NCBI GenBank assembly: GCA_038063715.1
Contig: JBBTUO010000017.1
Coordinates: 22,518 to 86,517, forward strand
Direction of reading: 5' to 3'
Origin: Patescibacteria group bacterium
GTDB taxonomy: Bacteria; Patescibacteriota; Minisyncoccia; Phycocordibacterales; SIBU01
DNA: 64,000 nucleotides
Under the pieces are notes generated by a model. The model saw only the letters and a list, made by a program, of their open reading frames with translations. It made no database searches and was not told the origin of the DNA. A program made the position numbers and the translations under genes. Shown here piece by piece: positions 46,182-55,817 of this stretch (the first letter of the stretch is position 1; every line of letters begins with the position of its first letter).

Positions 46182-47250
46182 GTTTTTCAAACGCTTCAAT
46201 TGTGACAATAATCTTACCAACAAAATTTTTTAAGCTATGATCATTCACGACAATATCCCTAAGTGACTGACCTAACTCGATACGCTTATTTTCCGGCATT
46301 TGGATCATATCCTTAATTTTAACTGAAAGTGCCTGAAAATCCCCCTTAGGGTACATTAAATCGGCCTTAAAAGGGCCTAAAACCTCTTTAAACGCCTCGT
46401 TACAGGTCAAAACCGGTAAACCCGAGGCCATAGCCTCTGGAACCGCCTTATCGAGGCTTCCAGTTTGACCCATATTCACAAAAAGATCGTAGTCCGAAAG
46501 AACATCAGGAAGCTCCGTATTAGGCACCGGACCCAGAAAATTGATGACGGAAACCAGGTCTTTTTTAGCAACACTGTCTTTCAAACTCTCTAGATATTTT
46601 CTATCCGAATCGACAGATGTTGGACCGATAATGTCTACTTTAATTTTTAATTTAGAATCTTTGCAAACAACATCCATCGCTTCGATTAATGTCTCATAAT
46701 CCTTAGACGGCGAAATCCTACCCACGGACACAATTCGAAATTCTTCTCCATTACTTCTGAATCTTGAATCTTGAATCTTGAATCTACTTGTATCGATCCC
46801 CTGCCCAACCACCTTAACCTTTGAGCTCGGAAGTCGAAACCCGCTAGTTGTAGAAGTAAAGACAATATCCGTTAAAAAATGTGCGGCACGAAGATGCCAC
46901 GGAGTGCTTTTGTGCGCGTACCACAAGGTCACTGTTTTTCCCCACAATTTCCAAAACAAACCCCCGAGGACGATATACTCCGGATTCATATGTACAAAGA
47001 CGGCATCGTATTCACGGCGTGTTCGCCAAATGATTTTATAGAAATTGAAAATCCGAGCAACTCTTGATGCCCCGTGTTCTTTACCTAATGAAAAAACGCC
47101 AACATTGTCCGGGAGATGTGCCTCCCCTTTACCGAGACACACTGCGACCACCGATTGTGCCTGTCGAGAGAACTCAACAATCCAGCCATGCATAAAACCG
47201 AGAACTGCATCATTATCGTCAATCTTCTGGGTTATAATTAAAAGTCGCAT
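46174..47250 (-). CDS. GT4 (group 1) glycosyltransferase containing an internal heptanucleotide tandem repeat
   Basis: GT-B pattern with an E-x7-E-like C-terminal block (DKAVPEAMASGLPVL). Confidence 0.75.
   Translation of the reverse strand: MRLLIITQKIDDNDAVLGFMHGWIVEFSRQAQSVVAVCLGKGEAHLPDNVGVFSLGKEHGASRVARIFNFYKIIWRTRREYDAVFVHMNPEYIVLGGLFWKLWGKTVTLWYAHKSTPWHLRAAHFLTDIVFTSTTSGFRLPSSKVKVVGQGIDTSRFKIQDSRFRSNGEEFRIVSVGRISPSKDYETLIEAMDVVCKDSKLKIKVDIIGPTSVDSDRKYLESLKDSVAKKDLVSVINFLGPVPNTELPDVLSDYDLFVNMGQTGSLDKAVPEAMASGLPVLTCNEAFKEVLGPFKADLMYPKGDFQALSVKIKDMIQMPENKRIELGQSLRDIVVNDHSLKNFVGKIIVTIEAFEKHE
46758..46785. repeat. Perfect tandem repeat (TGAATCT)x4, 28 bp, inside the GT4 coding sequence
   Basis: Read directly: ctgaatcttgaatcttgaatcttgaatctac. 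The 7-nt unit is not a multiple of 3. Confidence 0.9.
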
Positions 47251-47303
47251 ATCTATATAACTTTTTCTTTAGTAAAAACATTGCGCGCCACACGAGCGAC
47301 TAC

Positions 47304-48668
47304 CTAGGTGCCGTAAGCAGCAAACAGAAAGAGAAACGGCGCAGAAGGAAGCCTGAAACGCGAATACGCCAATGGGCCAGTCAAAACAGCGAAGTAGAAA
47401 ATTAGCACAACAAAGAGTATGGCGTAGACGTGATACTTTCTGCCAGAAAATACAGCACCAACAAATGCGAGCGAGGATATCAAAAGCCAAAATAACTGCT
47501 CAAGCGTGACCACAGGTTGAATCTGAAGTTCTGACCAAAACTCTTTAAAACGAGCGCCTGCCAGTAAATTGGTCATATTACCTCCGTTAATTTTATAGGC
47601 TTCATAGCCCAAGGCGTTATTATAAAAAATCAGAGAATTTTTAATCTGGCTCGACAGAAAAAACGGCACCATCTTAATCAAATGGAACTTTGCGTACCCC
47701 CAAAAATCCTCCCGGATGTAACGAAAAGCGATTTTTTCCTCAGCGGGCGCGTACTCCAAGGAACCTATATCAATAGTTTCAGATGATGAGACACCGACAT
47801 CTCGTCTTAATTCCTCCATCAAAATATTTCTTCCTTCGTCGGCAGAAATTCCTCGAGTATATGACAAAAACTCTGGTACATAATACTGGAAGACATTCAA
47901 AGATTTCTCGTTGGCAATTCCCCAAACACCTGACACAGCATTGTTCCGAGCAACCCAAGGTACAACAACCGCGCTATAAGCAATAGTTAGTATAAAGAGG
48001 TTTATAATTATTTTCTTGGTTGAAATACGATTATTTTTAATTAAAAAATACAAGGGAATAATTACAATAGGCAAAAACATGGAAATAACCCGGGTGAGCA
48101 TAGCTACTCCGAAAAATATGCCGGCGAAAAAAGTTCGAACCGGTGCGCCTTCCTCAGTACCTTCAGCATCAAAAAAAAGCAGATAGACAGATAAAACAAG
48201 CAGAAAAACATATGGTATATCCGTCATAATGATAAGAGAGTGAAAAATTGTTGTCGGATCAAGAATAAATAAAAGCGCCGCGATTACTCCCGCTGAATAA
48301 GAAAAAACTCGCTCCCCTATTTTAAAAATTAAAAAACTAGTAGCACCAGCGAGTACCAGCTGCACCAAAGGAAACAGAGTATATGAACCGAACGTACCAA
48401 TAAAAATTGCCAAAAAAAGAGGGTACGCAGGCATAATAAAAGTCGCCGGCACAAACGGCGCCTGGACACTACCGGAAAAAACTCCGTGATGGAGAATGTT
48501 CCCCGCCAAGGTTACATAATATAAGCCATCTCCGTAGACCGGAAAAACTGACGGGAAATTTAGTAGGTATAACATCATAGGCACATAAACCAAAAAAATA
48601 ATGGCCGCAACAAACCAGCCAATATTTGCTTTCCAAGTTGTTATTCTGCGAAAAAATGTTTGAATCAT
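47304..48668 (-). CDS. GT-C fold membrane glycosyltransferase (ArnT/PMT_2-like)
   Basis: 454 aa, highly hydrophobic with about 11 TM segments. It is adjacent to a polyprenyl-P-sugar synthase, a GtrA-like protein and UDP-sugar enzymes. Confidence 0.55.
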   Translation of the reverse strand: MIQTFFRRITTWKANIGWFVAAIIFLVYVPMMLYLLNFPSVFPVYGDGLYYVTLAGNILHHGVFSGSVQAPFVPATFIMPAYPLFLAIFIGTFGSYTLFPLVQLVLAGATSFLIFKIGERVFSYSAGVIAALLFILDPTTIFHSLIIMTDIPYVFLLVLSVYLLFFDAEGTEEGAPVRTFFAGIFFGVAMLTRVISMFLPIVIIPLYFLIKNNRISTKKIIINLFILTIAYSAVVVPWVARNNAVSGVWGIANEKSLNVFQYYVPEFLSYTRGISADEGRNILMEELRRDVGVSSSETIDIGSLEYAPAEEKIAFRYIREDFWGYAKFHLIKMVPFFLSSQIKNSLIFYNNALGYEAYKINGGNMTNLLAGARFKEFWSELQIQPVVTLEQLFWLLISSLAFVGAVFSGRKYHVYAILFVVLIFYFAVLTGPLAYSRFRLPSAPFLFLFAAYGT

Positions 48669-48740
48669 CTGCTTTGTTTTATGGAGTCGACTGTGTTATA
48701 TTTCCTGAATTGCCATTATACCATTCTACGTTCATTATTT

Positions 48741-49697
48741 ATGCATTCCAAAAGAATTCTAATAACAGGCGGCGCGGGTTTTATCGGTTCACATCTGATA
48801 CCAAAACTGCTTAAAAACAAAAATACAGTTTTTGTACTGGATGATCTTTCGACTGGCAGTCTCGCCAACCTAGAACCGTTTAGGAAAAACCCAAAATTCA
48901 TCTTCAAAAAGGGCTCTGTTCTCAATCGAAAAGATTTGCGACCTCTCGTAGCGAAGGTTGATTACATTTACCACCTCGCAGCCTCGGTCGGCGTCAAATA
49001 CGTCGTAGAAAAACCGCTCTATTCGATGGTTAACAATACTGAGGGCACGGCAATGGTCCTAAAACTGGCATGCGAGAAAAAAGTCCCCGTACTTATCACT
49101 TCCACTTCAGAAGTTTATGGCAAACTCGACGCTACCCCGTTCAAGGAAACCTCTGACAGAATGTACGGCTCGGCCTACAACGAACGCTGGGGCTACGCCC
49201 TCTCAAAAGCGGTGGATGAATTTGTTGCTCTGGCATATTGGAGAGAGAAAAAATTACCGGTTGTGATCGTGCGACTGTTCAACACCGTAGGCCCAGGGCA
49301 AAGCGAAAAATTTGGTATGGTCATACCCCGACTGATTAAACAGGCGATGAGTGGTGAGCCCATGACGGTCTATGGTGACGGCAAACAAGTACGTTGTTTT
49401 GGCCACGTCGACGATGTAACCGATGCACTGATCAAACTTCTATCATTAAAAAAAGTATACGGTGAAATAGTCAATCTTGGTTCCAACCGACCCACAACAA
49501 TTAACATGCTGGCAAAAACGATCAAAAAAATTACAGGATCCTCATCCAAAATTGTACACATACCATACGAAAAAGTGTATTCTAAAACCTTCGAGGATAT
49601 GCGTAAGCGAATACCGGATCTTACCAAGGCATGGAACCTTATCGGCTATAAGCCACGCTACACGCTCGAACAAATCATGAGATCAATTTTAGAATAG
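48741..49697 (+). CDS. UDP-glucuronate decarboxylase-like NAD-dependent epimerase/dehydratase (UXS/ArnA C-terminal-like)
   Basis: ILITGGAGFIGSHL, TSTSEVYG and YALSKAVDE motifs. I chose the start at MHSKR (48741). Confidence 0.72.
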   Translation: MHSKRILITGGAGFIGSHLIPKLLKNKNTVFVLDDLSTGSLANLEPFRKNPKFIFKKGSVLNRKDLRPLVAKVDYIYHLAASVGVKYVVEKPLYSMVNNTEGTAMVLKLACEKKVPVLITSTSEVYGKLDATPFKETSDRMYGSAYNERWGYALSKAVDEFVALAYWREKKLPVVIVRLFNTVGPGQSEKFGMVIPRLIKQAMSGEPMTVYGDGKQVRCFGHVDDVTDALIKLLSLKKVYGEIVNLGSNRPTTINMLAKTIKKITGSSSKIVHIPYEKVYSKTFEDMRKRIPDLTKAWNLIGYKPRYTLEQIMRSILE

Positions 49698-49698
49698 A

Positions 49699-50409
49699 AT
49701 GATTTTATCAATACTCATTCCGGTATATAACGAGGAAAAATTCTTGGAATTACTCCTCCATGAAGTTTTTGACACGCCATTTCAAAAAGAAGTTATTATT
49801 ATCAATGACGGCTCGCGAGATGGAACAAAAAACGTTTTAGAAAAAATCGAAAGAGATTTTCAAAAAAACCCCGTACCACATGTAGAACGGCTTCGTGTCA
49901 TACACAAAGAAAAAAATGCCGGCAAGGGCGCAGCCATCATTACGGGTGTTAAAGAAGCGACGGGTGATATAATTGTCATCCAAGATGCCGACCTGGAACT
50001 CTCACCAAAGGAGTACGCCAAATTGCTGGAACCGTTCGAAAAATATGAGGCGGATATCGTGTTTGGCTCCCGATTTCAAATGGCGGGCACTCGACGAGTT
50101 TTCACTACAACCAAATATCTGGCAAACCGCCTCTTGACTATTGCATCCAATATATTTAGTGGCATTTATTTGACCGACATGGAAACTTGCTACAAACTTT
50201 TCAAACGTGAGGTTATTCAATCGTTTGATCTCCGCTCCAATCGATTCGGTATAGAACCAGAACTTACTGCTAAGGCGGCAAAGGGTAAATATAAAATTTA
50301 TGAGGTGCCTATAACTTACAATCCACGCTCACACAGCGAGGGTAAAAAAATCGGATGGAAAGATGGCTTGGAGGCATTAGCTGCGATTGTAAAATATAAT
50401 TTATGGTAA
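49699..50409 (+). CDS. GT2 polyprenyl-phosphate glycosyltransferase (ArnC/DPM1/GtrB-like)
   Basis: LSILIPVYNEEKFLELLL...IIINDGSRDGT...IQDADLE, 236 aa. Confidence 0.8.
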   Translation: MILSILIPVYNEEKFLELLLHEVFDTPFQKEVIIINDGSRDGTKNVLEKIERDFQKNPVPHVERLRVIHKEKNAGKGAAIITGVKEATGDIIVIQDADLELSPKEYAKLLEPFEKYEADIVFGSRFQMAGTRRVFTTTKYLANRLLTIASNIFSGIYLTDMETCYKLFKREVIQSFDLRSNRFGIEPELTAKAAKGKYKIYEVPITYNPRSHSEGKKIGWKDGLEALAAIVKYNLW

Positions 50410-50802
50410 CTTTTTGAAAATAAGATACTTGTAAACAAAAAAACTTTCACACGCGATGATAACACCGGCGACGATTTGGGCCAAAAGATAGTGAAAACCA
50501 GCGTATGTTACAAACAGATATATAGACAGGGTGTTTAAACCCAAATTTACAATACCCGCTACAAGATATGCACTCGCCTGAATATGGATATTCTCCGTTG
50601 ATTTATCAGTGAACGTCCAAAATTTTTGAAATACGAAGCTGACAATAAATCCGGCTGCAAAAGCGACGATACCCGAGGTAATATACCAAACGCCGAATAT
50701 ATCCGTAAAAAGATACAATAACCCTAAATTAACGATTGCGGCAGTCCCGCCTGATATAAGATATTTTATAACCTTCCAAGATTTGCCGAAAAGTACTTCC
50801 AT
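50401..50802 (-). CDS. GtrA-family small membrane protein (putative lipid-linked sugar translocase component)
   Basis: 133 aa with 4 TM helices and the YLISGGTAAIVNLGLLYLF pattern typical of GtrA. Confidence 0.72.
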   Translation of the reverse strand: MEVLFGKSWKVIKYLISGGTAAIVNLGLLYLFTDIFGVWYITSGIVAFAAGFIVSFVFQKFWTFTDKSTENIHIQASAYLVAGIVNLGLNTLSIYLFVTYAGFHYLLAQIVAGVIIACESFFVYKYLIFKKLP

Positions 50803-51707
50803 TATTTTTTGCGACGTTTTAATAGAGATGCCCCGTAGACGCCCTTAAGCAAATCCGCATCTTTCCCCGTTTCAAGCAACAAATCAATATTTTTATCGCG
50901 AATGCTTTCAAGTACCGTAATACCCTGAACATCGCCGACAGTACTACGATACATCTCATCGAATGCTGCGAAATCTTTAATGAAGCAGTGTCCGCCAGCT
51001 CCTCGTCCGCTTTTATGCACCGGGTCAAGATGCGACCGGCCAATTCTAGGGTCAGCGGCCATAGCATCCCTAACGATATTCCAATCAATTGCTTTTGCCT
51101 TAGCCATGTCATACAACATGTTTATAAAAATCACCTTGAAATAGAACCAACAGTTTCCACCGTACTTGATAAGCTCTGCCTCCTCTGCTCCTGTTACAAG
51201 CTCAAAAGGAGCCTTGGGCAGTACTGCCAACACTTTTTTTGCCCTATCTGTATATTTTTTAGTAGACTCCGGTATTCCAAGAATATTTCTAGTGGGATTA
51301 GCGGCGTCCCAAAATGCGCTTACTTCAGTCAAAAACTCCGGCGAGTGAAAAACAAAAATATCCGGATTTTCTTTCTGAATTGAAGCGGTGGTTCCGGGCA
51401 AAATGGTTGACTTTATAACCGCGGTCTTACCATTGCCCACCAATTTGATTGCTCCACGAATGATACTGTCATCAAAACCTTTTTCGGTGGTTGGAGTCGG
51501 CACTGCAATAAACACAATGTCACACTCTTTGATTTTATCCTTATTCTGACGATATGGCTCTTCGAGAGAATACCGAACAGTATTGAAACCACGGCGCTCA
51601 AATTCATCTGCATAGGCCTTGCCCACGAACCCTTGACCGATAAACCCCACCAGGGGCTTGGCTTTCTTTGTTGTTGTAGCTTGGCGTGCAGGTTTTTTCA
51701 TTTTCAT
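50802..51707 (-). CDS. Nucleotide-sugar dehydrogenase (UDP-glucose 6-dehydrogenase-like), short form lacking the C-terminal UDP-binding domain
   Basis: VGFIGQGFVGKAYA NAD-binding Rossmann segment, IKSTILPGTT, SPEFLTEVSAF and GGHCFIKD (catalytic Cys) motifs. The protein ends after about 300 aa. Confidence 0.65.
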   Translation of the reverse strand: MKMKKPARQATTTKKAKPLVGFIGQGFVGKAYADEFERRGFNTVRYSLEEPYRQNKDKIKECDIVFIAVPTPTTEKGFDDSIIRGAIKLVGNGKTAVIKSTILPGTTASIQKENPDIFVFHSPEFLTEVSAFWDAANPTRNILGIPESTKKYTDRAKKVLAVLPKAPFELVTGAEEAELIKYGGNCWFYFKVIFINMLYDMAKAKAIDWNIVRDAMAADPRIGRSHLDPVHKSGRGAGGHCFIKDFAAFDEMYRSTVGDVQGITVLESIRDKNIDLLLETGKDADLLKGVYGASLLKRRKK

Positions 51708-51714
51708 AATTTGG

Positions 51715-52881
51715 CTATTCTACAGGAAAAATCTGCCCAAGGAAAGCTTGTTGAGCACCCTCGATAGAGGCCTTGTACAGAGCAAGATAAGTCAATTTTT
51801 CCTGAACAAAAGGCGCAACCGCCCCTGGAGCAATTTGAGTACTAAAAAAAAGACGCAGCTGATTGTTCTCAATCAGTCCTGAAATTGTTTTGGTAAAACA
51901 ATCCAGATCATTTACTGGACACACAAAAGAATGTCCTTTGTGATTCAACAGTTCTGGCGCAATACCAACATCTGAGGAAACCGCTGGCAAACCAGCAGCC
52001 ACTGCCTCGAGAAGCGCGATTCCAAAACCCTCATACAAAGATGTTTGCAAAAAAATATTAGCGGTTTTGTAATACGACACAACATCACCCTGCCAATTTT
52101 CAAACACAACATGTTTTGACAAGCCGGATAGCCAAACCCTCCACATGAGATTTCTCTTCAGTGGTCCATCCCCCACCACCACAAGACCAATTTTTGGATA
52201 CACCACAACAAGTTTTTTGAAAACACTGAGAGCGAAAACAATATTTTTTTCGTCAGACAGCCTTCCCACCATGAGTAGGATAAAATTCCACTGAGGGTAT
52301 TTTTGTTTCAAATCAAAAGACGGCGTCATAGCAGAAATATTCGAGATATCAGAAAAAATAGGCAAAACGGTGACGGCAGCTTTTAGCTTTAAGCTGCTAG
52401 CTGTTAGTGAGGACCTAACACGCTCAGATACCACACGGATACCATTGACCCTAGGCAATACAATTCGAGCAACAATGACCCGGATTCGATTAAGAATAGA
52501 ACTCGAAGCAAAATAAGAACTTAGAAAATCGGTGTGAATTTGAATATGCAGTGGAATTTTAAACCGATTCGAAATTTTTGACGCAACAAAACCGCATTCA
52601 AAAGGATCCTGAGCGTCAACGACCCAGTCCCCACCCCCGCGAAGAATTGACTTACCGATACGCAAAGCTCCCAAAACATACGACCAACGACTGATTGAGT
52701 TAGTCGCGTATGCAAAACAGTTAGGCGCCAACTGCAATTTGGCACCTACCGAGTGACTCCTTTTTGAAAACACAATGATGTGCAATTCCTCAAAAAGACC
52801 AGCATACTCAATCATTCTGAGTTGAACAGAACTCCCCTCTTTAAAAATATTTCTGTCTGTACTTATAGATATTACTTTCAT
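51715..52881 (-). CDS. GT4 (group 1) glycosyltransferase
   Basis: GT-B pattern with a C-terminal EGFGIALLEAVAAGLPAV E-x7-E block. Confidence 0.75.
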   Translation of the reverse strand: MKVISISTDRNIFKEGSSVQLRMIEYAGLFEELHIIVFSKRSHSVGAKLQLAPNCFAYATNSISRWSYVLGALRIGKSILRGGGDWVVDAQDPFECGFVASKISNRFKIPLHIQIHTDFLSSYFASSSILNRIRVIVARIVLPRVNGIRVVSERVRSSLTASSLKLKAAVTVLPIFSDISNISAMTPSFDLKQKYPQWNFILLMVGRLSDEKNIVFALSVFKKLVVVYPKIGLVVVGDGPLKRNLMWRVWLSGLSKHVVFENWQGDVVSYYKTANIFLQTSLYEGFGIALLEAVAAGLPAVSSDVGIAPELLNHKGHSFVCPVNDLDCFTKTISGLIENNQLRLFFSTQIAPGAVAPFVQEKLTYLALYKASIEGAQQAFLGQIFPVE

Positions 52882-53882
52882 ACTTTTTGTGCTATTGCCA
52901 AAAACTCCTCAGCAATATCTTCCCATGTATGCGTAAAATTGAAAATTTCAACATTTTTTTTCTGTTCAGCATAATTAAGTGGATCCGAAAGCCATTGTAT
53001 TTTCTCCGCAATCTCCTGCACATTTTCTGGATCGACAAAAATCGCACATGGCTTAATTCTTTCGTATAGACCGGTCTCTTTGGTCACAATAAACGGCTTG
53101 TTATGACGAATAGCGTCGAGGATCAGATTCGGACTAATATCACCTAATGAAACAAGTATAACGGCGTACGCAGATGCAACCCTTTCCATAAAAACATCAA
53201 ATGGTTTCGTAGCATTGTCATAGACCAAAGATTCGTCTTTCTCAGCCACCAATGAAAACGCCTCTCCGAGCCGAGCGTCATTTTTCCATTTCAGTGGACG
53301 AGTACCAGCAATAAAATTCTTCTTTTCAGGTGTCGACGACGCTTCTTTTAAACCGTAATAATTCTCAACGATGAAAAGCTTTGACAAATTCAGTCCGTAC
53401 GCTGGTACAAAAATATCTCTCTGCCATGACGTGCTAAAAATAACCGCTGAAGAATGCCTAAGCACAAAGCCTGTTAGACAAAAAATAATCCTTTCCTTCA
53501 AGGACAATTTTCCAGGTGCGGCAGTATAAAAATTTTTAAACAAAACCAAATCCCCTGTCCGCTCAACATACGACTCCCATAAAAAATCTCCTCCGGTTCT
53601 TACAATAAATTTCTTTCTAAAAATTTTTGCAGCCAATAGCGCCGGCAAAGCACAACTGAAGGTGTCGAAGGCGAACACAACCTCTGATCGCCACACCGCC
53701 TGAATAATCCGAAAAAAATACCATAAATGACGTAAACCGCTCGGCAATCTTCTCTCAAATCGGAAAAATTTTACTGAAACCTTGTGCTCCAGTTTTCTAA
53801 AAACTTCTTCTAAGTTTTTCGCATACTGAGCTGGACCACCAATATCTGGCGGGTATATTCCTGTGGCAATTAAAATTCGCAT
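52878..53882 (-). CDS. GT-B group 1-like glycosyltransferase
   Basis: MRILIATGIYPPDIGGPAQYA N-terminus typical of GT4. Its stop overlaps the start of the neighbouring gene. Confidence 0.65.
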   Translation of the reverse strand: MRILIATGIYPPDIGGPAQYAKNLEEVFRKLEHKVSVKFFRFERRLPSGLRHLWYFFRIIQAVWRSEVVFAFDTFSCALPALLAAKIFRKKFIVRTGGDFLWESYVERTGDLVLFKNFYTAAPGKLSLKERIIFCLTGFVLRHSSAVIFSTSWQRDIFVPAYGLNLSKLFIVENYYGLKEASSTPEKKNFIAGTRPLKWKNDARLGEAFSLVAEKDESLVYDNATKPFDVFMERVASAYAVILVSLGDISPNLILDAIRHNKPFIVTKETGLYERIKPCAIFVDPENVQEIAEKIQWLSDPLNYAEQKKNVEIFNFTHTWEDIAEEFLAIAQKV

Positions 53883-53913
53883 GGATGTGTAGTAATGCGA
53901 AATTATAAATAAA

Positions 53914-54522
53914 TTAACGCAGATTAAGTTTCGTCTGATCTATACCCTTAGCATCAAGAATGAAGTTACAGAGGTCACGAACAGCTCCATTTCCACCGGG
54001 ACGCGGAGCAACAAACAAAGCTAGTTTCTTAATCACTGTTTCAGCGTCGCTTGGCGCTGATGACAAACCAACCTTTTGCATAATTTCAGCATCACCAACA
54101 TCGTCCCCCATATAGGCACAATTATCCCATGAAATATTATGCTCCGTAAGCCACTTACCGATTGTTCCCACTTTATCCTTACCAATTGAACCGGTAAATA
54201 CATCTACAGGTGCCCAACCATTTTGATTGGTAGCTGATTTAACTGAGGGAAGTCTATTCAACTTACCTGCAAGTGCTCCTGCAAAACCATTAGTTTCAGC
54301 AGTAATAAAAGCAAATCTCACACCATCCACGGCGCGAAGAAGAGATATACCTTGGCCATCTTTGTGATCTCGCCTCTGATACACGGGTTTATATTCACCT
54401 TTTTCATCCAATGCGATAAAAACCTGGCTTGGAAAGATTACGCCGTCGCCGTCTAACACAACTGCTTTTATGGCTTTTGCCGCCCTTTTTGCATCTGATA
54501 TAGTTTTTTTCATTTGAGGCAA
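53914..54522 (-). CDS. HAD-IIIA hydrolase, KdsC/YrbI-like (ulosonate-phosphate phosphatase family)
   Basis: VVLDGDGVIF motif I and an AFITAETNGFAGALAGKLN body. At 202 aa the size is compatible with KdsC-type phosphatases. Confidence 0.55.
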   Translation of the reverse strand: MPQMKKTISDAKRAAKAIKAVVLDGDGVIFPSQVFIALDEKGEYKPVYQRRDHKDGQGISLLRAVDGVRFAFITAETNGFAGALAGKLNRLPSVKSATNQNGWAPVDVFTGSIGKDKVGTIGKWLTEHNISWDNCAYMGDDVGDAEIMQKVGLSSAPSDAETVIKKLALFVAPRPGGNGAVRDLCNFILDAKGIDQTKLNLR

Positions 54523-54576
54523 TAATACAACGCAAATGGCATTGACACAATGGAAACACGGCGCAGAGAAACTTTG

Positions 54577-55770
54577 TTACTTTGAATCGCCGACAACCGG
54601 CCCAAACACCTCCTCCTTCATTCGGTGTGCAATAAGACTCCAATCATACCGTTCAGCAACCATAATATAGGAAGTGCGAATAATATAATCCCGCGACTCT
54701 TCGTCCTTTATGAGCTTCTGCACTTTTTGGGCGATGCTCTTCGGATTACCCACTTCACAAAACAAACCCGTCTCCCCATCTTTCAAAAAATCAACAATGC
54801 CTCCCACGGGCGTCGCAATCACAGGAAGACCGGCCGCCATCGCTTCAATGAAAGAATTACCCATTCCCTCTGAAAGAGAGGGACGGATAAATATGTCAGA
54901 CGCCCACAAAAAAGGTGGCAGTTTTCCGTGAGAAACAAATCCCAAAAACAACACCCGTGCTTCCATCTGTAAATTTTTAGTTTTTTGCTTCAAAGCAGAT
55001 TCAAGAGAACCAACCCCAACAATCAACAATTTCACATTCTCCGGTAAATACTGAAGCGCTTCGATAATATCGCTGACGCCATTTTTCTCCACCAATCGGG
55101 ATGTCGTAACCAACAAAACATCTTCCGCACCAACACCCCATGTGTCGCGAATCCGATTCCTTTCAGCCGGGCTAAATTTTGCATTTTCAGCAGTAAATCT
55201 ATCAGTGTCGACACCGTTAGGAACAACAGTAATAGGCGCCTGCGTCGCCATATCTTTTGCCCAATCAGCCAAATAACGAGATATAGTCTGAATCCGGTCA
55301 GCCTTGGTAAAAATCATCTTAAAAATCGGATAAAAAATTCCAACCCGGCGCTTTATATAATCAATTGGGTCACCCTCTTGAAGGGTGAGTACAAAGGGTA
55401 CTTTGGGGTACAGTAACTTAAAAAAGAGCGCACCAAAGCCGGCATAATTAGCCATGATGGACCACACAAGATCATAATTATGTTTCCGATGAAGAGAAAT
55501 CCCTTTACATAGAGCGAAAAACGGGAAAAAATATTTGTATATTTTAAACCGGCTCAGGGATGAGTGAGCATCTGCACGCCAACCAAAACCAACGCGATAA
55601 ACATTCACATTCCCCATTCGCTCAAATTTCAAAGCGCTTTGTCGAAGCGTAACCATATCAAATTCAAAATTTCCGCTAAGCTTGTCGGTGATTTCTTTCA
55701 CAGCAATTTCTGCTCCGCCGATAAATCGCGGATAATAAACTAAGGAAAAAATCAAAATTCTTTTTTTCAT
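54577..55770 (-). CDS. GT4 (group 1) glycosyltransferase
   Basis: MKKRILIFSLVYYPRFIGGAEI N-terminus. C-terminal EGMGNSFIEAMAAGLPVIAT block. Confidence 0.8.
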   Translation of the reverse strand: MKKRILIFSLVYYPRFIGGAEIAVKEITDKLSGNFEFDMVTLRQSALKFERMGNVNVYRVGFGWRADAHSSLSRFKIYKYFFPFFALCKGISLHRKHNYDLVWSIMANYAGFGALFFKLLYPKVPFVLTLQEGDPIDYIKRRVGIFYPIFKMIFTKADRIQTISRYLADWAKDMATQAPITVVPNGVDTDRFTAENAKFSPAERNRIRDTWGVGAEDVLLVTTSRLVEKNGVSDIIEALQYLPENVKLLIVGVGSLESALKQKTKNLQMEARVLFLGFVSHGKLPPFLWASDIFIRPSLSEGMGNSFIEAMAAGLPVIATPVGGIVDFLKDGETGLFCEVGNPKSIAQKVQKLIKDEESRDYIIRTSYIMVAERYDWSLIAHRMKEEVFGPVVGDSK

Positions 55771-55817
55771 AATTTTCGTATATGTTCGTATTTTCGTACT
55801 GACTCCATTTTCGTATT

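Noticed and set aside
46758-46785. Possibility that the (TGAATCT)x4 tandem repeat is a CRISPR or other spacer-repeat array
   Set aside because: The units are contiguous and identical with no spacers, and they are only 7 bp long. This is a microsatellite inside a coding region, not CRISPR. No CRISPR-like repeat-spacer architecture was seen anywhere in the window.
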